From: a virus
Lineage: Duplodnaviria > Caudoviricetes
Length of the DNA: 26,561 nt
Reading direction: 5' to 3' (one strand)
Virus record (IMG/VR): IMGVR_UViG_3300007094_000034
Span: 1-26,561 of that record
The position numbers and the translations under genes were made by a program. The notes under the pieces are model-generated. The model was not told where the DNA came from. It saw nothing but the letters and a program-made list of their open reading frames with translations, and ran no database searches. Shown here piece by piece: positions 15,016-23,033 of this stretch. The first letter of the stretch is position 1. Every line of letters begins with the position of its first letter.

Positions 15016-16224
15016 TTACTCTACAAAGTTAATTATTTGTTCTGCATTTGCCCCAGATATTAGCATTTCTTGTAAAGATGCTACAGTAATTTGTTTATTA
15101 ACTTTTACATTTCCCACATTAACGGTAGGGTAAAACTTCTTCATAAACATATGAAACGTTTCAGTGGTTACGTAATCGACTTTTATTTTAAGATCAAAAC
15201 GCCCAGGGCGTAGTAAAGCTTCATCAAGCTTTTCAATGTGATTAGTTGTAGCTATTAATATTCTACCGTCTGTATTACAAACCCCATCGAGAGCGTTCAG
15301 TATTTCAGATAAACCGATTGCAGAGTAAATATCCCCTTTCTTGTCTTTTATAAGCATTTGTTGTGTGTTTTCAAGAGCTGTATCGCTATCTCTTGAATGG
15401 GTGGCGTTCTGACAATCAATATCTTCCACTACAACAACACATTTTTCGTTTAAAGCTTCGAATGCTTCTTCTATCTTCAACAGTTTGCTAGTCTGTATAT
15501 TGTATATAGGGTAACTTAAAAAAGAAGAAATTGCTTTAATAATACTCGTTTTACCTGTACCAGGGGGCCCATAGAGCAAGATACCAAGTTGATATGGTAT
15601 ACCGTTTTCCACATACCACTCTTCCTTTGAAATAAATTCTGTCAAACGCTGTGTTAGTGCTTGCTTCTTTTCTTCTTCAATAAAGATAGTATCAAATTTT
15701 CGTTTGTTTTGAGAACGTACATAACTCCAACTATCGTCAAAACGATACACTTTTGTTGTATTTTTATCGTCTTGATAATCCTTAATTTCTTCTAAAAAAA
15801 CATCAAATATCTCTTTACTTCTGCCTAATTTAGTTATAGTTATATATTCTTTATCTTGAAAAGACTGATTAGCTTCTTCTTTTATAAGTTGTATTAACCA
15901 AAATTGGTTTTTAAAACGCATAAAATGAGTACCAAAACCAATAGATAGAGTTGACTTTTTATCGTCACCCCAGCGACCATTTGTTAACTTTAAATGTCTA
16001 AAATTTTTATCTTTATAATTTGTGCTGATCCACAGTAATATATTGTAGTACGCAGAGTTATGATTTGTTATAGTTAAAGATGTTGTAAACTCTCTCTTTA
16101 TAAGTTTTAAAAAGAGAGCAGGTACATCTTTTAACCAAAATGTTATTAAACCTGCACTACCTAAACCAAACGCTGCAAGCAAAGTTTGGTTTTCTTTTAT
16201 AGTTTGTATTAACGTATCAAACAT
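15016..16224 (-). CDS. BCS1-like membrane-anchored AAA ATPase
   Basis: N-terminal hydrophobic segment; WY...GIPYQLGILLYGPPGTGKTS (Walker A), VVVEDID (Walker B), LSEILNALDG, TTNH and LDEALLRPGRFD (SRH). Confidence 0.88.
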   Translation of the reverse strand: MFDTLIQTIKENQTLLAAFGLGSAGLITFWLKDVPALFLKLIKREFTTSLTITNHNSAYYNILLWISTNYKDKNFRHLKLTNGRWGDDKKSTLSIGFGTHFMRFKNQFWLIQLIKEEANQSFQDKEYITITKLGRSKEIFDVFLEEIKDYQDDKNTTKVYRFDDSWSYVRSQNKRKFDTIFIEEEKKQALTQRLTEFISKEEWYVENGIPYQLGILLYGPPGTGKTSIIKAISSFLSYPIYNIQTSKLLKIEEAFEALNEKCVVVVEDIDCQNATHSRDSDTALENTQQMLIKDKKGDIYSAIGLSEILNALDGVCNTDGRILIATTNHIEKLDEALLRPGRFDLKIKVDYVTTETFHMFMKKFYPTVNVGNVKVNKQITVASLQEMLISGANAEQIINFVE

Positions 16225-16230
16225 AGTAAA

Positions 16231-16311
16231 TTAACGAAGACCAAAAAACACAAAAATTAAAAACAACACAACTATTAACAATAGTGCTACAATTTTTGAG
16301 TTACTAAACAT
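16231..16311 (-). CDS. 26-aa single transmembrane peptide
   Basis: MFSNSKIVALLLIVVLFLIFVFFGLR; the ATG overlaps the stop of the upstream peptidase, and the ORF ends 6 nt before the AAA start. Confidence 0.45.
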   Translation of the reverse strand: MFSNSKIVALLLIVVLFLIFVFFGLR

Positions 16312-16889
16312 TACAATATACTATATTGTCTTATAATATCTTCAACTAATTTTTTGAGACACTTGATCCTGTTTTCAAGCTTGTCTCTAGAGGGAGTCTC
16401 TAGTGTACAATATAATATGTTTCTTCTTTTTAAAGCACGTTCTAATGTCCCGCTATATGGTTGTTTACCATTTACAATAACCCCGTTATCAGTTTTATCC
16501 CCGTGCGCGTATTTAGCTTTATTAACTTCAATATTTCTAAAAGCAGATTTAACTATGTCTTTTATCTCATAAGAGCAGTACGCATACGCATTTTCTATCT
16601 CATCATCTTCATGTAAAGATATAACTAAAGACGGTGAAAGCTCTTCAATTTTTGTTAAAAGAGATTTTTGTAATTCAGAACTATCTTTTGTATCGAAATG
16701 TCTATTTAAATCTTTACCACCTAACCTTCTTTTATCGGTCGGGTTTAAATTTGCAAACACAAAGATGTTACTTTTATTATTAAAATAGTTAGCAGCTACA
16801 TTACCAGCTGGTTCGTCTCCATGTAAACCGCTTATAATGCAAAACGTTTTTTTATTAAGGGTTTTTTCTATTAAAAAATCAAATAACAT
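16311..16889 (-). CDS. M14-family zinc carboxypeptidase / desuccinylase-like protein
   Basis: GLHGDEPAG (HxxE), NP, DLNR.F, SLHED and TLETP; TAAATA on the minus strand at 16896-16901. Confidence 0.85.
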   Translation of the reverse strand: MLFDFLIEKTLNKKTFCIISGLHGDEPAGNVAANYFNNKSNIFVFANLNPTDKRRLGGKDLNRHFDTKDSSELQKSLLTKIEELSPSLVISLHEDDEIENAYAYCSYEIKDIVKSAFRNIEVNKAKYAHGDKTDNGVIVNGKQPYSGTLERALKRRNILYCTLETPSRDKLENRIKCLKKLVEDIIRQYSIL

Positions 16890-16909
16890 TAAGAATATTT
16901 ATTGACGTA

Positions 16910-17425
16910 TTACGTCCAAAAAAATTCTTTTTTATCTATAAGCTCTTTTAATATTTGATTATCTTTTTCGTTAATAAGTTTTTCGAAATAGATGACATCT
17001 TTATATTTTACTTCGTATGGTACACCATCGTCGACCATTCGAAACATTTTTCTACCATTTTCATCTGTAAATGGTTGAAACATTTCATCGAGAGATCTTG
17101 TAGGAGGGTAAGAGTTTTCAAGACGGCTTTGTAGTATTGGTCGCTCTACAGTAATATAGCGGTACGCATTAATTAGCCATTGCTCAAATGCTTTATGCTC
17201 TTCAGTCGAACTCCAATCTATATATCCATCTTTATACTCATCCTCGTAAAAAGATTTTATAATTTCAAAGTTAATATTTACAATAACCGTGACAAGGTCC
17301 GTCCATTGACGTGGTATTGCTTTTCTTAAACGTACATGATGAGGTCTAAAGACTGGTTTTATTACATCATAATACCAAAGTCTCCACCTATAAGGTAAAT
17401 AATCGAATATATCAAAGCTTCTCAT
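16910..17425 (-). CDS. hypothetical protein (171 aa)
   Basis: ORF in the packed minus-strand block; ends in FWT. Confidence 0.8.
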   Translation of the reverse strand: MRSFDIFDYLPYRWRLWYYDVIKPVFRPHHVRLRKAIPRQWTDLVTVIVNINFEIIKSFYEDEYKDGYIDWSSTEEHKAFEQWLINAYRYITVERPILQSRLENSYPPTRSLDEMFQPFTDENGRKMFRMVDDGVPYEVKYKDVIYFEKLINEKDNQILKELIDKKEFFWT

Positions 17426-17428
17426 TTA

Positions 17429-17650
17429 CTAAGATTTTCTAGGTAATAGTATAACTGTTTCGTCGTTATTATCCACCGTAGCTTCCCGGAATTCTCCGTC
17501 CCACCATTTGTCTTCTTTTTTATTTTGTTTAGTTATATACGTTTTATGTATAGAGTCTACTTCATCAAAACCGCTTTCATAACCTTGTACTACAACCCGC
17601 ATCTCAGGGTCTTCTTTTTGTAATAATTTAATTAACTTCTTTACGTTCAT
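17429..17650 (-). CDS. phage hypothetical protein (73 aa)
   Basis: MNVKKLIKLLQKEDPEMRVVVQGYESG pattern; ATGA coupling. Confidence 0.8.
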   Translation of the reverse strand: MNVKKLIKLLQKEDPEMRVVVQGYESGFDEVDSIHKTYITKQNKKEDKWWDGEFREATVDNNDETVILLPRKS

Positions 17651-18219
17651 TGTATATCTTCCTTTTGCTGTCTATCAGGTATAACGAAAATTTCATCAGA
17701 ATGTAAGCAATTTTTTTTCCATTGAACAACGTGGCCGTGAATATCAATACCTAGTACATCTGATGCGAAACCTAAAATTCTTAAATTAGGCCAAGCTTCA
17801 ATTCTTACTTTCAATATTTCGGTTAAAGCTTGTTCCGGTGTTCTTCCCGCCATGACTAAAGCAGTAATACCTATAGCGGTTGATCTAGATATACCAGCAA
17901 AACAATTTACACCTAAGTTATGAGGTTTATTGTCTTCTGTAAAAGGTTTTAAAAAGGTAATAATGTTTTGTATGTGTTGCTTCTGCGGAGCTTCTTGAAT
18001 TAAATGTCCCCATTGTATACCATCTTCGTCAGACCAATCTGCAAAAAACTGAGCAAAAAACTTTACATTCTTCTGCTGAAAGTTTTTTCTCATTCTGTTA
18101 ACTTGCTTTTTATCTTCTTGACCGACGACAGAAACCCAGACATCGTAGTCTCGGTTATTCATATTGTAACTGTAACTCTCCGCATCAGCTAAATTTGTTA
18201 TTTTAATTTTATTAATCAT
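17647..18219 (-). CDS. protein-tyrosine/dual-specificity phosphatase-like protein (CX5R)
   Basis: FADW, VNCFAGISRS P-loop and WPN; start placed at the ATGA overlap 18219. Confidence 0.82.
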   Translation of the reverse strand: MINKIKITNLADAESYSYNMNNRDYDVWVSVVGQEDKKQVNRMRKNFQQKNVKFFAQFFADWSDEDGIQWGHLIQEAPQKQHIQNIITFLKPFTEDNKPHNLGVNCFAGISRSTAIGITALVMAGRTPEQALTEILKVRIEAWPNLRILGFASDVLGIDIHGHVVQWKKNCLHSDEIFVIPDRQQKEDIQ

Positions 18220-18485
18220 ATATTCCACGTAGTTGTACTCACACTATCCCCGCATTGTTCGCATACATAAGGGTCATGCTCCCAGTCGTCAGGTTGAAAC
18301 AAATGTACGATATTTTCAAAAAGTATCGTGTTTTCTTTGAGCCCTTCTTTAACTTTTAAAAAAAGATAATCTAAAATTTGATCTAATTCTTCTTTTGTGT
18401 ATTCAGAAATTGTTTTTTCGTTTATAGAAAAATCAAAAGCAGTGCACCCAGTAGTTTCAACGATTTTATATTTAGTTGCTTCCAT
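18216..18485 (-). CDS. hypothetical protein with C-terminal CxxC
   Basis: Likely start MEATKYK at 18485; CEQCGD near the C-terminus. Confidence 0.7.
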   Translation of the reverse strand: MEATKYKIVETTGCTAFDFSINEKTISEYTKEELDQILDYLFLKVKEGLKENTILFENIVHLFQPDDWEHDPYVCEQCGDSVSTTTWNI

Positions 18486-18783
18486 TCTCAAAAACTTCAA
18501 TAGCTTCTTTAGTGTCTTTGATCGCATCTTCGTACTCTTTAATTTTATGTTTAAAATAATCAACACTCATTTCAGTTAACCTACCGTGATTCGTAGTAAC
18601 CATGATGTTTCTTGCGCCATCATTTACAACGTACCCGCTATCATCCATTTCCCAATTATAGTAAAGTATTTTAAATTTTTTTAAAATTTTACCGTATTTT
18701 TGCTCTACTTTTGTATCTAATGTCGTTTTTTTAATTTCTGTGAACTCACAAACTTCATCGTGGAATGGTATATCTAATTTCAT
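18472..18783 (-). CDS. hypothetical protein (103 aa)
   Basis: Packed ORF with WEMD...TNHG. Confidence 0.75.
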   Translation of the reverse strand: MKLDIPFHDEVCEFTEIKKTTLDTKVEQKYGKILKKFKILYYNWEMDDSGYVVNDGARNIMVTTNHGRLTEMSVDYFKHKIKEYEDAIKDTKEAIEVFENGSN

Positions 18784-18786
18784 ACA

Positions 18787-19086
18787 TTATTGCTTTCTAT
18801 AAGGTTTAACAGTTTCCCAAAGTGATTCAATGTTATGGCAAATTTCATTTCCGTTCTCATCTGTTGCCAGATTAGGCTTTCCGTTAAACCCTGGTCGTTC
18901 GTATAGATACCAGTCAACCCAACCTTTACCTTCATCGTTAAAGACAGATTCAAGTAATGTTGATATTACTGTATGATAAGGCTCTTCATAGTCCATTAAG
19001 TCTACGCCTAATTGGTACATAGAGTGAGATCTATCTCTAACTTTTTCTAGAGTATCGATTACCGTTTTAAACTGCTCGTAATTCAT
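18787..19086 (-). CDS. hypothetical protein (99 aa)
   Basis: Packed ORF with WVDWYLYE. Confidence 0.78.
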   Translation of the reverse strand: MNYEQFKTVIDTLEKVRDRSHSMYQLGVDLMDYEEPYHTVISTLLESVFNDEGKGWVDWYLYERPGFNGKPNLATDENGNEICHNIESLWETVKPYRKQ

Positions 19087-19089
19087 ATG

Positions 19090-19290
19090 TTATATTTTAC
19101 TCAAAAATTGCTTTAAATCCCAACTATACACACCATGTTCTCCGTTATCTAAAACAGGACAGGTCTTTCCTCTCATAAAATTATCCCACTCCTCATACAA
19201 TTCATGAGGTAAATTACAAAGAATTTCTGCTTCAGATATCGCTTCACCTACCTCACAAAGCTTCTTTAATTCTGAATTCGAGGAGCTCAT
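19090..19290 (-). CDS. hypothetical protein (66 aa)
   Basis: FMRGKTCP...GVYSWD; ATGA coupling. Confidence 0.72.
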   Translation of the reverse strand: MSSSNSELKKLCEVGEAISEAEILCNLPHELYEEWDNFMRGKTCPVLDNGEHGVYSWDLKQFLSKI

Positions 19291-19553
19291 TTTGTTTTAA
19301 GCCATTTGTTAAATCTTTCAGCTGTAACTTGCAAATGTTTTTCGCAAACACTCATAGCAGCGTTTTTTGTCTTATAATTTTTTTTGCTGATGCGAGTTAC
19401 ATCTGAATCGATATTACTAAGATATAGGCCTACTTCCCATACCCCACATGTATTATCTTCCACGATATACTCCCAGCCAAGAACAGGTACTTTTGCAGAA
19501 TACCATGAACCAGAATTATCATCTAACCATTTATGTTTCCAAGCTAATTTCAT
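19287..19553 (-). CDS. hypothetical protein (88 aa)
   Basis: ATGA-coupled ORF. Confidence 0.72.
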   Translation of the reverse strand: MKLAWKHKWLDDNSGSWYSAKVPVLGWEYIVEDNTCGVWEVGLYLSNIDSDVTRISKKNYKTKNAAMSVCEKHLQVTAERFNKWLKTK

Positions 19554-19960
19554 GATATGTTTTGAAGATAATTTATATACTTTTGAAGATCTTTCAAGTG
19601 CTTTTCTTGTATACCAGAAACTTCCAATCTAGCAGTTGGTCCAGAATATTTTGGTTCATCGTGCAATCTTACTTCTGGATAGTATCTCAACTCAAATGTA
19701 AAATAATCTTCCGCTATCGGAATAATTGCTTCCAAATGAATTCTTTTATTTTTTACGTTCTGACTTTTAAAACCAAATTGCCACCAATTAGAATGATATT
19801 CTCTATCTGGTTCTTCATTAGCAACAGACATATCCTTCCAATTACTGGAATAAAAACCATCAGTGTACCAAAAGCATTCCAAAGTTTCAAATCCATGTTG
19901 CTTTAGAATTTCCCTGAAAGTATCTACTTTTTTAGTTATTTTAATTAATTCTGGACTCAT
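19550..19960 (-). CDS. hypothetical protein (136 aa)
   Basis: ATGA-coupled ORF. Confidence 0.75.
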   Translation of the reverse strand: MSPELIKITKKVDTFREILKQHGFETLECFWYTDGFYSSNWKDMSVANEEPDREYHSNWWQFGFKSQNVKNKRIHLEAIIPIAEDYFTFELRYYPEVRLHDEPKYSGPTARLEVSGIQEKHLKDLQKYINYLQNIS

Positions 19961-20253
19961 TTTAAAAATGCTTGTTCTTTTTGTTTAACCTGCTCTGTCC
20001 ATGCCTTCTGTCTCTCTTTAGTAATTTTATCTGCGTTTGGGGTATCGCAAAGTTTTTGAAACATATCATTTATCATTTTTCGTCTTTGTCTGTCTGTTAA
20101 AAACTCTCCACTTCGGTGCGCATAAGACCAATTGTCAGCATTGTTTACAAGCTCTTTAATTCCGTCATTATTACCCGAAATTATAAAAATATTGATCTTA
20201 TGTAGAAAGTTTTCATACATTTCTACTTTCTGTTTAAGAGTTGGTGTCTTCAT
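19957..20253 (-). CDS. hypothetical protein (98 aa)
   Basis: Packed ORF with WSYAHR.G. Confidence 0.75.
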   Translation of the reverse strand: MKTPTLKQKVEMYENFLHKINIFIISGNNDGIKELVNNADNWSYAHRSGEFLTDRQRRKMINDMFQKLCDTPNADKITKERQKAWTEQVKQKEQAFLK

Positions 20254-20566
20254 GTATTTTTACAAGTTTCTCTCCACTTTCATCCCACATATAATCTTCA
20301 ACCATATTACCGACAATCTGTAAAGAAGCAAGATCTAAATTCATAATTGGGTAATCATTGATATAATATGCACAAGAATCTGCACTATATACAACTTCTC
20401 CAATTTCTTCTCCATTCAAAGTAAAAAACTTTACTACATCTCTCTCGTAGATTTCTCGCATGTTGCAGTCCAAGATTCCAATGAATTGCTGCTGACTTTG
20501 TGGCAGATCCATCTCTTGGAATTGCTTGTGTTTACGATTCCAAATTCTAAATTTATTTTTGTTCAT
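20234..20566 (-). CDS. YopX family protein
   Basis: KFRIW...QFIGILDCNMREIYERDVV...IVGN. Confidence 0.75.
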   Translation of the reverse strand: MNKNKFRIWNRKHKQFQEMDLPQSQQQFIGILDCNMREIYERDVVKFFTLNGEEIGEVVYSADSCAYYINDYPIMNLDLASLQIVGNMVEDYMWDESGEKLVKIHEDTNS

Positions 20567-20934
20567 TTCTCCAATGCCTCTCTAGCAATGTTTCCAACTC
20601 TTACAAAGTCAAGATATGTGTCTTCCCCATTGATAAATATTTCTTCAATTTTCATTAATGCCTCCCTCGCCTCGTCGCGCTCTCGAATAGCTTTTTCTTT
20701 TTCAGAAACGGCTTTTTTCGCCCCGATGTTTTCTGAGATTGACCTATATTCTTCTAGTTCTTTCCGCAACTCATAGCATTCTTGATTCATTCTATCAACG
20801 CAAAGTATTCGCAAGTCCACTTCCTGTAAAGCATCAGCCATCTTATTTCGTGCCTCGTCACGCTCTTGCTTGAGCTTTTGATTCTCTAAGATAAGATTTG
20901 TGATTACTTCATGTTGTGCTTCTAATGTTGTCAT
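20563..20934 (-). CDS. coiled-coil protein with ERDEAR repeats
   Basis: Two ERDEAR copies; heptad pattern; ATGA-coupled. Confidence 0.72.
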   Translation of the reverse strand: MTTLEAQHEVITNLILENQKLKQERDEARNKMADALQEVDLRILCVDRMNQECYELRKELEEYRSISENIGAKKAVSEKEKAIRERDEAREALMKIEEIFINGEDTYLDFVRVGNIAREALEK

Positions 20935-21449
20935 AGTTTTGAATCAGCAATACTTAACGGTTTTTGCCACATTGGATCTTGCTTCACCAATTTTTGCAAA
21001 TCGTCTTGGGGGTTCTCTTTATTAAAAGGACAATCACTCAACCAACAATCACAAACCAAACATTCTCCATTATGATCTGGATTACATGGTAATTGAAATA
21101 TATTTCCAACTACTTCAATATCTTTACCACTCCATACTCCTCTATAATCCTTTTCATTAACCTTCGCATAAAAACCAGCATCAATAAAAACTATTTCAGC
21201 TTCAAAGCTTTCGTTAATAAATTCTGCTGAATATGAACTAATAATATCGCCTTCGTAAATTGGTTTTCTATTCTTGTCATATTCTCCAGTCCATTGCTGA
21301 ACTATATATTCGTCCCCACCAGAACCATTTTGAAGATTATGAAATTTTCCATTCAAATCAAGAACATAATGTCCTTGATAACCTTTGTCCGGATAAATGA
21401 ATCGTTTTTCTAGTTTATCCCAAGCTCGGAATTTAAGTTGTCTATTCAT
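20931..21449 (-). CDS. YopX family protein with Cys-rich C-terminal extension
   Basis: KFRAWD...QWTGEYDKNRKPIYEGDII...EVVGNIF, followed by CNPDHNGECLVCDCWLSDC. Confidence 0.82.
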   Translation of the reverse strand: MNRQLKFRAWDKLEKRFIYPDKGYQGHYVLDLNGKFHNLQNGSGGDEYIVQQWTGEYDKNRKPIYEGDIISSYSAEFINESFEAEIVFIDAGFYAKVNEKDYRGVWSGKDIEVVGNIFQLPCNPDHNGECLVCDCWLSDCPFNKENPQDDLQKLVKQDPMWQKPLSIADSKL

Positions 21450-21450
21450 T

Positions 21451-22245
21451 TTAAAAATTATGCTTTGTCAAGAATACACATGCAAGATTAAAAGATCTAT
21501 TGTCCTTAATACTTTGTTCAATTTTTGTTTCAATGGTAAAACCAGTATCTTCGCAGAGTTTATAGAACTCTCTAGTTGGCATAAGCTCTACACTTTGTCC
21601 ATAATGATATGAAGCTCCACCGCTTTCTTTGTTAATATATGCAATTGCAGCATTACCACCACAAGGAAGAATTTTATACATCTGACTCAAATACTTCTTA
21701 ATCTTCTTTGGTGAAAGATGTTGAAATACATTACAAGAATAAAACAAATTAATTTTAGATTTATATTCTTCTATCTGTTTGTTGGTAAACGTTCCATCTT
21801 TACTCTTAACCTCTACACATTTATCGAATCGCTTAACCACATCAAATCCTATATAGTCTACATATTTGTCTTTTGCAAAGTGTTCATAAAAAGAACCATA
21901 ACCACAACCAATCTCGCCAATAATGGTTTTTCCAAACTTACGATCACAGTTCTCAATACCCCAACTAACCAACCCTAACAAACCACTATGTGAAGCAATT
22001 TTGTTATTGGTATAGTTAGATCGAGAAATAGAAGATTGACTAAATTCGTTAAATTGTGAATTACAGACAGTATCAGTATTAAACCAAACATCACTAGCTT
22101 TCCAGAATGCCTTCGGACTAACTTTATCGGGATTTAATAAATCAATTGTATCAAAATTATAAGAATTTAATGAATTATGATAATCGGAAACATTATTCCA
22201 ACCTTGTTTTTTCCAAACATCGATAATTTTATTTTTAGTCAGCAT
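21451..22245 (-). CDS. class I SAM-dependent methyltransferase
   Basis: GEIGCGYG motif I, YIGFDV, NVFQHLS and LPCGG. Confidence 0.82.
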   Translation of the reverse strand: MLTKNKIIDVWKKQGWNNVSDYHNSLNSYNFDTIDLLNPDKVSPKAFWKASDVWFNTDTVCNSQFNEFSQSSISRSNYTNNKIASHSGLLGLVSWGIENCDRKFGKTIIGEIGCGYGSFYEHFAKDKYVDYIGFDVVKRFDKCVEVKSKDGTFTNKQIEEYKSKINLFYSCNVFQHLSPKKIKKYLSQMYKILPCGGNAAIAYINKESGGASYHYGQSVELMPTREFYKLCEDTGFTIETKIEQSIKDNRSFNLACVFLTKHNF

Positions 22246-22249
22246 ATTA

Positions 22250-22681
22250 TTACAAATAACCAGTCTTAAACCATAGCTCTCGTCTTACCAAAGAACCCTC
22301 TGGAGCATTTGGTGGCCATATAAATGTAGCATCAATCATATTAAAATTATTTGATTTGTCTACAGTATATTCTACCTTTATTGCTGCTTTACTAGAATCA
22401 TTTGTTATCATACCGTTGTCATTTAAAAAGAATGTTCTGTTTTGAGATAATGTAAAGTTTCCAACATACGGTATCGGTATAGGTTGATCTCTATGCTCTC
22501 TTGGAAATGCGTCCCATATACCAAAAATAGTTTCACAAAAATTGTTTGCTATAGTTTCATTCTCTACTGAACGAACCGAATATAAAGCAATAGAAAGTAA
22601 ACCAAAAATACTTACTATAACGGAAGCAAATATTCCTACTGCTACAATCACTTCAATCAAAGAAAACGAATTCTTTTTCAC
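22250..22681 (-). CDS. type IV pilin/pseudopilin-like protein (prepilin N-terminal cleavage/methylation motif)
   Basis: (V/M)KKNS|FSLIEVIVAVGIFASVIVSIFGLL: basic leader, F1, E5 and hydrophobic helix; C-terminal WPPNAP; GTG start at 22681. Confidence 0.78.
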   Translation of the reverse strand: MKKNSFSLIEVIVAVGIFASVIVSIFGLLSIALYSVRSVENETIANNFCETIFGIWDAFPREHRDQPIPIPYVGNFTLSQNRTFFLNDNGMITNDSSKAAIKVEYTVDKSNNFNMIDATFIWPPNAPEGSLVRRELWFKTGYL

Positions 22682-22697
22682 AAAGCTCAATATAGAA

Positions 22698-23033
22698 TTA
22701 TTCGTAGGACAAGTCAAGCCAATTTGTATCTTCTGGCATTATTTCTATCGTTACACCATGCTCTTTAGACTTCTCAATAATATCTTCCAATACACCTCGA
22801 CCGTACATATGTGTACCGTAAGTGTTTTTATAACATTTATAAATGGAACCAGAATAACCTTCAAACAAATAACAGTTATCTCCTTCTGACGCATACTTTA
22901 TTCCACTATTCATTTTCCAGGAATTAGATCCTAGATAACCACCAAACCAGCAACCAAACACTTTATAAGTCAAGGGAAACTCTTTTCCTTCAATCTTAAC
23001 TACTACCCATTTGTCTGGAATATATTCACTCAT
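22698..23033 (-). CDS. phage hypothetical protein (PDxW...GGY...W.MNSGI-type)
   Basis: PDKWVVVKI, WFGGYLGSNSWKMNSGI and GYSGSIYKC resemble a recurrent phage family. Confidence 0.8.
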   Translation of the reverse strand: MSEYIPDKWVVVKIEGKEFPLTYKVFGCWFGGYLGSNSWKMNSGIKYASEGDNCYLFEGYSGSIYKCYKNTYGTHMYGRGVLEDIIEKSKEHGVTIEIMPEDTNWLDLSYE

